64,000 bases of DNA from NCBI RefSeq assembly GCF_009914755.1, contig NC_060926.1; one strand, 5' to 3'. Shown here in pieces: positions 1 through 13,394 of the stretch. Position numbers and translations under genes: made by a program. How positions within the stretch are numbered: position 1 is the first letter of the stretch; each line of letters begins with the position of its first letter. The notes under the pieces were generated by a model. That model saw nothing but the letters and a program-made list of their open reading frames with translations. It was not told the DNA's origin and searched no databases. Source of the stretch: the human T2T-CHM13v2.0 reference genome, Homo sapiens.

Positions 1-1434
1 GTGGTTTTTTTTTTTTTTTTTTAGAAGAAATGTTATTTCTTGTGTGATTTGCATGCCCAAGGGCCTAACTTGAGTGTTGTGTTCCAATTGTAATGGCTAC
101 AGTTTAAAACGAAATAGGTCTTACTAACCTGGACCATTGAGGCTTTACCCACGCTGGGTGGGTGGTCACTTTGGGATGCCTTTTCCTATCCGTCCCTTGG
201 GGAATTGCTGCTCCTCCCTCAAGACCTTCAAGGACATCTACACATCTTGTGTTTTGTACTACAGAACATGCTGTAGATTAATCCATACCAGTCATTTACA
301 GGCAATACCTCTCTGAGCCATAGATTCCCTTGGGGCATGGACTGTGTCTTACTCAACTTGGCATCCCTCTTGGCTGGATAAGATGGTAATGGTAATTAGT
401 GCTGTATGCCCATTTGTTGAATAGATATATTGGTGAGAAGCTTTGCAAAAGTATTTAATTATTTATCTTTTGTTTGACAAATATTTTTATTGAGCTTTTA
501 TGTTGGGATACCAAAGTAGATCTTGCACAGATCCTGTCTCAAGCAGTTCTCAATCTGGCTGAATTCTCTCACATGAAGAGTGGCTGAAGAAATCAGGAAT
601 ATTTAGCCAGGGTACAAAAGTCTTAGGAAGAGCTTGGCCATGTCTCCTGACATTTACAGAGCCAGGTTGGGGGTATATTCAGCTTGTGTAACTCCAGAGG
701 GCAAAAATAGGTGGGATTTTGAGGGAGGAAGATTTCTAATAATAACAGGAGCCCAGGGATGAAATGGTTTGTTTTCAAAAATGGCAAACTCTGCCCAGTG
801 GCCATGTTAGTGGCTGATGCCTGTGATGTTCATCTGAGCAGAGGGGATGTCTGTGAGGAAAGAAAATGAGAGCTAAGTTCTGAGTTCCTCTTTGGCCCTA
901 AAGAGCTGCTCTTTTCCCTGCCAAAGTGGTTTCCAAAGTTTCACCAGATAGACATTTGGTCCCAGGCTCTTAGCCTTTTCTGCTAAGAATAAAGCCAAAA
1001 GGCAAAATGGAATATAAGGTCTATATGTTGAGATAGACTTAGAGGGGCTGCCATAATGTGATCCAAGGAAGAGTTCAGTGGCCTGCTGGGAATGGTCATG
1101 GCATCACCACATCTGTTTTTGCTCCTATGGTAGACATCAATCTAATGGAGATGAAGCTTTATATGTGGACACAGCATCCTAAACTTGGCACACTCCAGCC
1201 ATTACTAGGAGTCTTATTGATACACTGGAGCAGAGAATATAATTTCTGAGTGAAATTTCTCAAATTTAGCTGTTAATCTCTGTAGGGAGAAGATGTAAAA
1301 GAGCTATCCCAAAGTTTAAATGTTTCTAGAAACATTAAGCATCTATTCTTTTGTTTATTCAAAGGCATGTATTGAAAATAGTTATTAATTTCCATGTTTC
1401 AGAAAGCCTATCAAACATTTAAAATAGGTAATTC

Positions 1435-1590
1435 AATTCTGATAACAATCCTGTAAGATAGGTCCTATTATTCAGCCTGTTTTACAGAAGAAGGAACTCA
1501 GATGTCAGAGGGGTTGAATAATTTGCCCAAGGTTACAGTGCTGTACGGTATGGAATGAGAATGCAGGCAATCAGGTTCTAGAGCTTTTGG
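1435..1590 (-). mobile_element. MIR SINE fragment
   Basis: Reverse-complement MIR core: 'ttttacagaagaaggaactcag...ataatttgcccaaggttacag'. Boundaries approximate. Confidence 0.7.
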
Positions 1591-1629
1591 ATAAGGGACA
1601 GCTAAGGAGAACTGGACAAGGTTGTGCCT

Positions 1630-2120
1630 TTATTCAACCAAATTTGTCATGTGCCATTCTAGGCCCTACACTAGGAGCTGGGGACACATATGGAAGTCAC
1701 AGTCCTAGTCCTTAAAGAGCTCATGGTTTGAAGGGGAGCTAGGGAAGTAGTAGTGATAGTATTATTGGGAATACACTTGAGGGTGGGATGAGGGAAGGAT
1801 GGCAATAGATGCAAAGGGATTCCATGCAGAAGAGACAATTGGAGTCAGGAAAAGCACAACAAAGTGTAGGTTGGATGGTAGTGGAGCGAAGTGGTGGCGG
1901 GTGAGAAAGGGTGGCTTACAAACAACTCCCAGCCTTGTAGGAGACAGAAGATGGGTTTCATAATAATTATATGACAATTTCAGAAGAAATGAGATGAAGT
2001 GCTCTCTGGGACTTTCAAGGACAGTAAGATCATTTCCGGCTGGGGATAAGCATGGGGAGGCTTCCTGGAAAAGATGGTATCTGAGGTGGGTCTTGAGGGA
2101 TGAGGAGGATTTGGACAAGT
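1630..2120 (-). mobile_element. L2 LINE fragments
   Basis: L2 3'-end-like motifs 'tttattcaac...ctaggagctggggacac...gtccttaaagagctcatggttt' and 'aggcttcctggaaaagatggtatctgag'. Boundaries approximate. Confidence 0.55.
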
Positions 2121-3150
2121 TTAGACAAAAATCATAAGGGTGGCAAGTAGAGTGTCAGATATGAATAAAAAGACTTAAATAAAACCAGGAATTATAAACA
2201 GCTCATTTTTCCAATGTCTTATTTCATGAAGAGAGAACATTTTTCCATTTGGGTTTGACATCTACCTACAACAAAAGAATCTCCTGGAGTATTTGTAATC
2301 CATGTATATTGGTGTGAATTTCTACCATTTCTCAATTTGCCAAAGAGAGTTGACTTATGCAGGGTACCTGATTATCTTGTGTTGGATGCTTTTTGGTGTC
2401 CAGAGTTATGAAAAAAATTCTCACTCAATATTTGGATGCTCTTTAAAGAATGCCAAGTATGTCACGGAGATTGGATCTCTGCATTTGATTACAAAATTTA
2501 GTAACCAAAATAGAGTGAATGGAGAAGAGTAGGCTGGGAGCAATGGTGATTAGGGAGTGATACAATTCAGCATTAATAGAGTTTGGCCCCCTATGATTGA
2601 GAAAGAGTGATTCTTGGCTTTCACATTTATGAGGTTTCACCATTTTGGAGTTTCCCCAAAATCTAAGATATATTATTTATGACATGAGCAAATGAATGAA
2701 TGAAGACATACATGAACAGACTCTTTTGGGGCTTCAAATAACTATAGAATTGGAATAAGAGTCCACTGGCCCAGTGGGGCTGAAAGTGAGGACAGTTGAC
2801 TGCCTCCTGGATGATTGGGCAGATTTACAGACACCCTTCACCTCATCCTTGACCTCAGGACCTTCTGTTCACTCTGTTTCCTCCTGCCCTTTCTCTTCAC
2901 CTTCCTTACTTCCCTTCCTCTTCCTGTTGTGGTCTTTTTACCTTCCGCAACTGTCAGGAAACTGTTTGGAAGGGTATGTTCTGTTAGCACCTCTTGTAAC
3001 TTTAGTCTGATTACACATTGAGGCATTTCACAGATTATCCAAAAGGAGATTGAATGAATTAAGTTGCATTGTAGGGACCTGTTAGCTTTTTAATCTCTGC
3101 TCCAAGATTATAAGAGTATAGGAATTACGTATTAGTATAGGAATGGGTCA

Positions 3151-3173
3151 CTGTCTGTCTATCTATCTATCTA

Positions 3174-3205
<32 letters not shown>

Positions 3206-3330
3206 TCTATCTATCCATCTATCCATCTATCAGTCTATCTATTCATGCATCCTATCTATCATCTTATCTATCACCTATCTATCCATCTATCTAATATATC
3301 CATCCATCTGTCTGTCTATGTATCTATCTA
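3151..3330. repeat. Compound (TCTG)n/(TCTA)n/(TCCA)n tetranucleotide microsatellite
   Basis: Read directly from the sequence; it produces the low-complexity ORF 3143..3385. Confidence 0.95.
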
Positions 3331-3394
3331 TATGCACACATTAAATATACATGTTAGGTTATCTCTATATGTCAACTGTATCTAATGTACATAC

Positions 3395-3752
3395 TGCAAT
3401 GAACTAAACGTTTATGTCCTCTCAAAATTCATATGTTGAAATCCTAACCCCCAAGGTAATGGTATTAGGAGGTGAGGCCTTTGGGAGGTGATTAGGTCAT
3501 GAGGGTGGAGTCTTATGAATGGAATTAATGCCTTTATAAAATAGGCTCATGGGAGCCCGTTCACCCCTCCCACCATGTGAGGACACAGCAAGAAGGCACT
3601 GCCTGTGAGAGAGAAAGTAGACCCTCACCAGACACCAACTCTGCCTTGATTTTGGACTTCCCAGTCTTGAGAGCTGTGAGAATAAATTTCTGTTGTTTAT
3701 AAGCCACCCAGTCTATGATATTTTGTTAAAGCAGCCCAAATGGACTAAGACA
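3395..3752 (+). mobile_element. MaLR solo LTR, MLT1A-like
   Basis: TG...CA ends. Contains 'aaaattcatatgttgaaatcctaacccccaaggt', 'ccatgtgaggacacagcaagaagg' and 'aataaatttctgttgtttataagccacccagtc...ggactaagaca'. Confidence 0.85.
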
Positions 3753-4842
3753 CTTAGACACACACACAAACCCACACACACACAAATACACACCACACGT
3801 TAGTTTATAGACAGATAATAGTTATCTTGACTACCACTGAGAACCTTTTATGTGCCAGTCACTTTGCTGGCTCTGAACGTTTCTCACTCTCAACCCCTAC
3901 ATTCCCACTGTAAGATAAAGAAACTCAACAGTATTAAGAGTTTACAGTAAACGACCGAATTGGATTTGAACCTGAGTTGGTTTGGTTTTGAAGTCTGTGA
4001 TCTTCCCACCAAACCACCAAACTTATGTTCCATAAGGACCCTGGGTGGGAAAAAGGAATGCGTGGACATTTCTCCTCCCAGTGCTGTGGGTCCCAGCTGC
4101 CCAGTGTCTTAAAAAGGCCCTGCTGCAGGGACAGGATGCTGAGATTCCAGTCCTCACTGAGACTGAATTGCCATGTGAACCAGTGTGAGCTCCTCACCTC
4201 TCTGAGCTTTGCAAATAGTATCATGAGATAAAACTCTACTCATGGGCCCTTCTCACTCTCACATACCAGGCTTTTGTTTTATTCAGAAACATCTCCTTTA
4301 CTAACAGGCAAGCCACGGAGTCAGTCAAATAATACACGAGTGTGTATATTCACTAAGAAGAATGCAATTCCTTGCTCATGCATGTAAGTTGCACTCCAGA
4401 AATAACTGAATCAGACAGTTTTGATGGCTATGAAACTGGTGCCTGAGGAATTTTGGAGAGTTTTCCATTTGCTGGAGGTAGAAAAGGTCATTATTTATTT
4501 TCTCTCACAAGCCAGATCAATGAGCCCTTCTTAATCCTTGGACTGGTTTTCTGGCATTTTTCAATACCCAGAAACACATAAAATATGTTATTTGAGAAAT
4601 TTAGCAGGCGTGTTTCAAAGTTAGGTGAAACTAATTTAGAATAAGATATCTTTGTTTATTTTGAAACATAACTGGAACTTGGAGAAACATAAGTTATTTT
4701 GAATTTAAGGGTTTGAATGATATTCCTGTGCCCCAAACCAACAAGTTCTTTTCTATTTTAAAGATACTTTTTGCTGAAGGATAGGATTTTGAGCATGTAA
4801 AATTTGAATATGAAAGAAGCCTCTAATTTTTACCCCAGTTCA

Positions 4843-5330
<488 letters not shown>

Positions 5331-6024
5331 TTATAATTTCTGGATGACAAGTCTATTTGGTTTCTGTGGTAAATTTAAGATTCCTGCAGAATCTTAAATG
5401 CAATATTAACAAAACTCATAACCACTGTCGACTTCTCATTATTAAAGTGTTATCTTTTAATTGTATAAAACTTGGAAACTGTATTTAATGTGGTGTCCAT
5501 GATAGGACTGAATAGCAGAGACTTTGAGAAAAACATCCAGGTCAGACTGCTTTGGGATTATACTTTGGGGAATTTGGGATGAGACCGTAGGCTGGTGGAT
5601 AGGGAAGGGGTTTGTCACTGAGCGAATGTTTCAGTCCTTGATGTAAACCTTAGAGAAGGAAATGAGGGCTCATGAGATGGACCTTACTCATGTTTTATAG
5701 GTAAATTCTTCTAGAACAAACTCCCTGGGGTTGGCAGTCAGCCTGGCCCTCATTGAGGCCTGGTGAAGCCTGATGTGGATTCGTAGTGAGTAACTTGCCA
5801 CTGTCCCGTAGGGTCAGGATGGAAGCCAGGCACCTGGGACCTGGGCTGGGAAGGGATGCCCAGGTGAGTCTGGACCTGGGGAGCAATAGTTGCAAATGAT
5901 TCTGTCCACGTAATTTTCCGTCCATTGTCCCAGAATGCTCCATGTCTTTTGTATGTTACAATCTAGGTTTCTCGGTGGTGGTAGACGTGATGGTAGTGCT
6001 ATTAGTGGTAACGATATTGACAAT

Positions 6025-6172
6025 AATAAAACACTTTTAAAGTGCTTATGAATATTTCTGGTACTATTCTGAATACTAAATGATAATGTATTTTGTCCTC
6101 ACAATGCCCTTGTGAATGAGGAACTAATATTTTCCTGATTTTACAGGTTAGAAAATGAAGGGACAGAGAGGT
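6025..6172 (-). mobile_element. MIR fragment
   Basis: 'tcctcacaatgcccttgtga...attttacaggttagaaaatgaagggacagagaggtt'. Confidence 0.65.
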
Positions 6173-6208
6173 TTCCTTTTTTTTTGACTAATTTCCTTAG
6201 AAAGGAAG

Positions 6209-6568
6209 TATATTACTTTGCTAGGGCTGCCATAACAAAATACCACTGACTGGGCGGCTGCAACAACAGAAATTTATTTTCTTGCAGAAAGGCGGCTGAC
6301 AGTCCAAGATCAAGGTGCCAGCAGGGCTGGTTTTTCCTGAGACCTACTTCCTTGGTTTGTAGATGGCCATCTTATTGCTGTGTCTTCACATGGTCTTGTC
6401 TCAGAGGCATGCATGTCTCCAGCCAAATGTCCTCTTCTTGTAAGGACACCAGCCCTATTGGACTAGGACCCCACACTTATAACCTTAACTAAGCCTGTAA
6501 AGGCTCTGTCTTCAAATACAGTCACATTAGGGGCTAGAACTTTGACATGTGAATTTCATATCATAAAT
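6209..6568 (-). mobile_element. MaLR LTR, MLT1B-like (copy A)
   Basis: 'gctagggctgccataacaaaatacca...aacaacagaaatttatttt...gtccaagatcaaggtgccagcagggctgg...taaggacaccag...caaatacagtcacatt'. Confidence 0.85.
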
Positions 6569-7194
6569 ACAGAGAAGTGCAATTTGGTGGTAATAGCTAA
6601 GATGAATAGGAATTCTGATATGATTTTGAGACACATTCTCACTTAAAGTCTCAGCATATAAATAAAGTTTAATCACCTTGAAGATCAGACAGCTTCTTAA
6701 ATATAATGATCCATTCTCAATTACCTATTAGTGGGAGGCCACGATAATAGAGAACTGAATTCCAAATATAATTAAAAATATTCGTGTCACTGCTTAGATG
6801 CCATCTCTTTCTTTACCAAACTTAAAAAAAGAAAAGTCTCTCCCCTAGAGCTCTTAAACCACATGATTCAGCTACTAACCGAAGCTCACCCTTTTGGATT
6901 TCCCCTGCTGTACTGTGGTCGAGGTGCTAATTAGCAGGGAAAGTGCCAAATGGCAGGCAGCCAGAGGAAAAGCAGAGAAGCTGAAAGACCTGCACAAACT
7001 GCAGGTTTGTGAGTTGCAAAATTGAGATATGCCTCTAATGAGTTACGTATTAAAGCCCCTCTGCCCCATGACAGCAACGTCACCCTGGCAGAGACCTCCA
7101 GTTTCCTTACGTGGTAAACGGGGATTATAATAATACCACATTCCCAGGCTTGCAGGGGTATTAGACCAAATCAGCTAAGAGCAGCAGACTAAGA

Positions 7195-7395
7195 AACTGG
7201 TCTTTATTGAGCATATATTTTATGTCAGACACTTGGCAACATGATTCATTTAATTCTCACATTGATTCTATAAGGTAGGCATGGCTAGCTCCATTTTGTG
7301 GATGGGTAAACTGAGGCTGGAGAAACTTGCCAAGTGTCACATACCAATTACACTTGAACCTCACTCCAAAGGCTTTGCTCCTTCTACTGACCCGT
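7195..7395 (-). mobile_element. MIR
   Basis: 'tttattgagc...catttaattctcac...ccattttgtggatgggtaaactgaggct'. Confidence 0.7.
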
Positions 7396-8339
7396 GTTGC
7401 AGAAATGCCTGGCCTTTTGTGAGCACTCGGTAAATGTCTGTCATTGTTGGAGAGAAAAGGAAAAAAATTATCTCCTTGCTATGAATTTAAACAATATATT
7501 TTAAAGCTGCTGGGAGCCTTTTTGTCCTGGTTTTCTGCATCTGATTTACCTGTCCCATTTTAACCATTCATGTGAACATTGTTATGTAACTAGCACATGC
7601 TTTTACTGTGTATAACTTAGTGTTACATAAATCTAAAGGCTGCTGACTGCTAGCAATCTTTTAAATGTAATGAGCTGAAAGATTTGCTTTGAGCCTTGGG
7701 GCAGGATAGCTTTGGCTTAACCATTTGCTGAGTTCAGCTTTTAGGAGGATAAGTTTACTGCATCCCTTCAATAATCCAACTGAAGCCTGGATTCCAAGCA
7801 ACTGTAGATGAGATTTAAGTCTCCAAGAATGTTAGAAACTTAAATAAAACAAGGCTTAAGCAGAAAGTCCTCACAATGGTGTCCACATTCCATCAGGATG
7901 ACGTAATCGAAGGTTGGAACCAGGCGGCCTCTGCCTTTGTGTTCCGGGACCCCTCACTCAGTGCAGAGGGAAATTGACACAGCCATGATGAGGCCTGGCT
8001 CACAAGAGCCATAGTTACTGTAGGAGTTTCTGTGGCTGAATATGCTTAGCTATTGGTGGGTTTCTCAGCTATGACAATGGTCTCCGTAAAAACACAGAAC
8101 AAAAATTTTTGGTTAATTGAGGTCAAATTTTGTGTTAAAGGAGGGTTAATTTCCCTCCCCTCTAAGAGAAGAGTCTCTATGTGTTTAAAAACATGTTAAC
8201 ATTTAGTCTTGTCTGTTTTGTTGATCAGTTGAAGTCAGAGCAATAAAATCCCAGGGGTGGAAAGGGTGCAAAGGGCCATTGGGTTCATTTCCCTCATTTG
8301 GAAGCCAAACACATGCAGGTGATGATCACACTGTCCTTG

Positions 8340-8830
8340 AGCTGGGTGCAGAGATCAGCTCTGCCACATGCTGTTTGTTAATTTAATAAGATGAAGTGTG
8401 GGACCCAGGCTGAGTTCCTCAACACATTTTTTCATCTGTAAAATGGGGATTATAAAAAATAATAGTACCTACCTTAAAGGGCTAGGCACAGAGCCGTAGA
8501 TGAGTTAACATGTGTTTTGAACAGATCTGGGTATACTGTGGTGTGAAACATTTGCAATTCTTCTTATATTACAGAGGCAAGGACATGTGCTGGATGTGTA
8601 TGCAGTCTTTGAAGCTGGAGAGGCCTGTGTTGGAAACTGTGCTCTGTCCCATGCCAGTTCCCTGACCTTGGGTAAGTCACATAAAGTGTGAGTCTTTTAT
8701 TTTTTTCTAGAGTGGAAATGGGGCTATGAATTCCTAACAATGGTAGGATTATAAGGAAAAGGACAAGATTAAAGTAAACAATACATTATAAGCATGGTGG
8801 CTAGCACATGGCTAGTCTTCTCAATGAATA
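8340..8830 (+). mobile_element. Two degraded MIR copies
   Basis: 'ttcatctgtaaaatggggattataaaaaataatagtacctacctt' and 'ccctgaccttgggtaagtcac'. Confidence 0.6.
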
Positions 8831-8945
8831 TTTTTTAGAAAATATAAAAAGGATGAATATCGGATATCTTAGTAACTCCTTTAGCTTTAAGCACACATCT
8901 CTACACACAGCCACATACAAACGTATTGGCTACACATTGGACTCC

Positions 8946-9157
8946 TTTTTTTTTTTTTTTTTGAGACAGGGTCTTGCTCTGTTGCTGAGGCTGGAATGCA
9001 ATGGCACAAACATGGCTCGCTGCAGCCATGACCTCCCGGGCTCCTGATTCTCCCACTTCAGTCTCCTGAGTAGCTGTGATGACAGGTGCATGCCACCACA
9101 CCTGGCTAGTTTTTTAATTTTTTGTAGAGATAGGGTCTTGCCATGTTGCCCAGGCTG
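8946..9157 (-). mobile_element. AluJ, 5'-truncated
   Basis: Poly(T) followed by 'gagacagggtcttgctctgttg...tgtagagatagggtcttgccatgttgcccaggctg'; AluJ-type diagnostics. Confidence 0.9.
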
Positions 9158-9302
9158 CACATTTAACTACTTTTACTTTTTCCTTCTTAACTTCTTGACA
9201 TATGGTAGAGAACACAACCTAAAGTCACCAAATAGGTGAAAAATCTAGATTTCCTTTTTTTTTTTTAAATTTTGTTTTTGACCCATTTCCTTAGAAAGGA
9301 AG

Positions 9303-9663
9303 TATATTCGTTTGTTAGGGTGGCCATAACAAAATACTATAGACGGGGTGGATTCAACAACAGAAATTTATTTTTGGCTAAAAATCCAAGATCGAGGATT
9401 GCATCTTTCCAATTTCTGGCAGGGCTGGTTCCTGCTTGGTTTGTAGACAGCCATCTTATTGCTGTGTCTTCCCATGGTCTTGTCTTTGTGGGCATGCATG
9501 TCTGTACCCAAATCTCTTCTTATAAGGACATCAGTCCTAGCAGACTAGGACCCCACACTAATAACCTTCATTAACTCTGTGAAGGCCCTGTCTCCAAACA
9601 CAGTCACATTGGGGGTTAAGGCTTTGACATATGAATTTTGGGGACATAATTCATTTCATAAAA
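9303..9663 (-). mobile_element. MaLR LTR, MLT1B-like (copy B)
   Basis: Same family motifs as 6209-6568. Flanked by ggaag / gaaag, a 4/5 TSD match. Confidence 0.85.
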
Positions 9664-9724
9664 GAAAGATATCACTTTCTGCTTCCTCATTCATGTTGAC
9701 TCATTCAGAGAAAATTTGTGGTAT

Positions 9725-9884
9725 ATTTACCATCTGCAAGCCACAGAAAGTCCTCAGAAGAAACCGGCCATGCTGACACTTTGATGGTGGACTTGTAGCC
9801 TCCAGAATTGTAAGAAAATACATTTTCTTTTGGTTTAATCCAACCAGTCTATGGTGCTTGTGGCAACACTAGAAAACGAATATA
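9725..9884 (+). mobile_element. MLT1 LTR 3' fragment
   Basis: 'ccatctgcaagcc...cctcagaagaaaccggccatgctgacactttgat...gacttgtagcctccagaattgtaagaaaata'. Confidence 0.75.
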
Positions 9885-12800
9885 CTCCTCTATCTGGATA
9901 ATAAACACTATACTTAAAACATTTGAATATCTGCTATGTTCCAAGCGGTTGATATTTTGAATATTTTTATAATATTTCTGAATCTGTTGATCCTATTATC
10001 TGCATTTCAAAGATGATCAGTTGAAATTTGAACCTCAAAGTCTTGCTGTATGTATTCTTTCATACTTTGATCATAAATCATGAATCTCAAAAATCATAAA
10101 TCTGAGTTTTCTGCCTTTCATTGATCTGTATGACTTCTCTCTGATTCCTGTAAATATTTTCTCTAATTAGCAATAGAATGTAGACTGCATCCAGTACTAG
10201 GAAGAGAACAGTTATGTTGGAGCTAGTGAGAGGATCCCCTGGGACTTCTGGGACCTGTTTTGCCACAGAGACATCATAGACTTTCATTTGCTTTGGAACA
10301 TACATTTGCAGCCAGAATTTATGCAACAGGTGTACTCCTGAAAATGTTGTATATAAATCAATTTGTTGGCAGTGGGAAAACGTATTGGATGCAATAGAAC
10401 TTACTCTTTAACTGAAACATACAAATCCGTTTTTAAAAAATTTAATTTGATGAATTAATAATTCACCCTGTTTAACTTTGTATGAATCAGCATTTTCCTA
10501 TATTGGTCTCTGTGGTCAGCTCATGGTGAATTTTTACATGTGGGATAATCTCATCTCCTCCCAGTCCCTCTCTCTCTGCCTCCAGTCCCCTCACACCCTT
10601 TCCTCTGACCTCAGACAAGTCAATGGGTTTTTTGTTGGTTTGTTTGTTTGTTTTTTAACCCTGCATAGATCATTGGCTGGATGAGGATCAGACAAGATCG
10701 TGAACATAAACGCACTTTGAAATCTACGAGGTGCAGATTGTTATTATTATACTAGCAGGAGGGATGCAGTTTATTATTTCCCCTAGGAGACATTCTTTAT
10801 TTCTATTTGTTAAGCCCGATTATTGTAGCTCTTGACCATGTCTTTGTAACTTAATAACTAGATCAAAATAAGCTCCTGGAAATGGATCTTTTTTGGCACA
10901 GGCTGGGAATAGAGAAGCTTTTTAATAAATTCTTGCTGATACAGGGACTTTGGGGCAATGGCAGTTAGATGAAGGTGGATTGCAAAATCTCTCTCAATGA
11001 CCAGCTGAGGGAACACAAGCTGTAAAAGCTAAGAAAGATTCACCAGTAGCAAAGCAATCAAAGAAACAGGTAAAAAGTGATGTCATACACTTTGATAGGC
11101 AGGTCTGATGAAGGAAATAGAAGATTCTTGGCACAGCTTGGCATAGGACTGACCCTCCTAACCCTCAGGAAGTCATACAGAAGGAAGGTGATTTAAAAAA
11201 AATTATATACTTTCCCATCAGTACTACTAGATTTAAAGAGAAGCAGAATTTGGGGGTCTTAAGATAAATCCCGCCTGATGGGAGATGTTAGAAGGCTTCT
11301 CTCTGCCAGCAGCTCTTGGTTGGGGGATAGTTTTCTGGAAGAATCTTTTGACACATTCAAATGTGATATCCAAATGCTTGGCACATGTTATGAGAATCTG
11401 AAGTGGGGAAAAAAAAAAACAAACCACCAAACTGGATCTATTGAAACTTCAGGGGGCGCACATCAGAAGCAAATGCAAAACTGCTCATGGGACCCAGTGT
11501 TCAAAATAGACACTTTTGGAATCTGTTGAGCCTTGCTTGATGGCTTAGTAGCTGATAAATCTGTGTAACTCTTCCCTATGTGCGAGGGAGCAAGTGTATT
11601 TTGCCTCTTTTCCCCCCATTTCTTCTTTGCTATGCACTTTCCCGAGCTAGGCATACCTGTCTGGATTTCTAGTTTCCTTTCTCCAAATTTCAGAGGTACG
11701 TGCTTGTACACGTGCACGTGTACATTTAAAACAAAAATAGTTTCTCTTTGTTCTCTGTTAGAATTCCTCATTACTCATTAACTTCTGTGTGATGATTCTT
11801 CTAAGCAGATCCAAAGGATTGTTGGTAAAAGTGCCTTTGTAGGTCATTTTAACTCAGGGATGGCACCTGTTTGGGTGTCTCCATGCCCAGCTGAAGGCCT
11901 ATGAAATCTGTTAGCTATCTGATCTGCTTTCTCCACATGAAGCTGGTTTTTATTTTGATACTTGCTGTTACCATAGTAAGCCTGGATAGCTCTGTAATGA
12001 AGAAGAATTCTGAAAGATGAGGACTGCTTTCTCTGACTTTTTGACTTGTCATAGGGGCCAAGTGCAACTCACCCTGGCCTGTTTGTGATTCCCAGGAATT
12101 GGCATGGACCAGTTCAAATCTGCAGGTGGAGGACCTCTGGGGAGGATGACTCAGAGACAGGGGTTCCAGGTCCACTACCTCTCCTAGTGCAGGGGTTCTC
12201 TTTCAGGACTCACACAAAGCCTTGGGATTTGGTTTCTGTAGGAAATTTCTTTTTCTTTCCAGATTACTCATCCCTGAAGGGTACCATCTAGGACTTCTGG
12301 TGAGGAGTCACCTGATAACTGTTGGATGTTTCCTTTGCCTTCAACTGTTCAATATCTCATTAAATCCTCCTGATAGTCAGCAAAAGTGGGCTCAGGGACA
12401 TGAGAAATGCAGCCATGATCAGTGACAATGCTGAAAAACATCAAACCTAAGCCTGTGCTCTTTTCACCTTGCTGTGTGGTGTCAGGCTGTAACCTGAGGT
12501 CAACACTGTGCTAGTGTTCATTGGATGGTTGATGATACTGAGGGTAGTAGTGTAAAGAGGATGGAATATTACGGATTTCTTGAGTGAGAATGAGGCTCTG
12601 CTTAGCAAATTGGAGAGTGCTACATTCAGAAGAAAACCCTGGGACCAATAAAAGGAATGTCCTACCTGGCAGGTGGAAATCTTCTAGAAGAAAATCTTCT
12701 AGGGAATATTACAAGATATGGTTACTTTGCAGGCCACGTCTCAGAGCTTTGAAGTCAAAGATGAATTAAAGTCCCTCCCAGTTGGCATGACACACAAGCT

Positions 12801-13189
12801 TCTTCATAGTCTGACCCTTGCCTAAGGGTCCACCCTCTTTTCCCACAAGTTGACCCACCTGGCCCCACATGGCACAGCTTGCTATTCACTGCTTTGGCAT
12901 GCTCTTTCATGCCTCCGTACCTTTGCTCATGTTGCTTCCTTCTCCAAGAATGTACCTACCCCTTCAAAATCTCCCCACATGTTGAAAAACATCTACTTAT
13001 CCTTTAAGTCCAAGCTTATGTCTCATGTGTAGCCTTGGCTAGCGAGCCACTGTTCTTCTGATATAAACTCTTCAAGGATGGAGATGATGTCCTGCTTATC
13101 TCCCTAGGGCTCAGCACTCTGCATAATGCATGTAAGATCCCCAAATAAGTGTTTGGTGTGAGGAGAGAGAGGCAGTGTGGGCCTCTGAA

Positions 13190-13340
13190 GGCCAGAAGGC
13201 CTGGGCTCTTGTCCCCACATAGCCACTTCTAGATTTGTGAGCTTGGGAAAATCACTTACCTTTGAGACTCAGTTTCCTCATTTGTGAAATGAGGATAATG
13301 TTAAAACCACACTCACTAGGTTTTTGAAATACAAGTAAGG
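13190..13340 (+). mobile_element. MIR
   Basis: 'gtgagcttgggaaaatcacttacctttgagactcagtttcctcatttgtgaaatgaggataat'. Confidence 0.75.
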
Positions 13341-13394
13341 TAAGAAATGCAACCTATAAAATGGGATCTAGGTTTGAGAAGTAAGAATTGAATA

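Noticed and set aside
6209-9663. Intact MLT1 provirus (LTR-internal-LTR)
   Set aside because: The intervening DNA is MIR, Alu and unique sequence rather than MaLR internal sequence, and both LTRs share the same outer flank, which indicates duplication.
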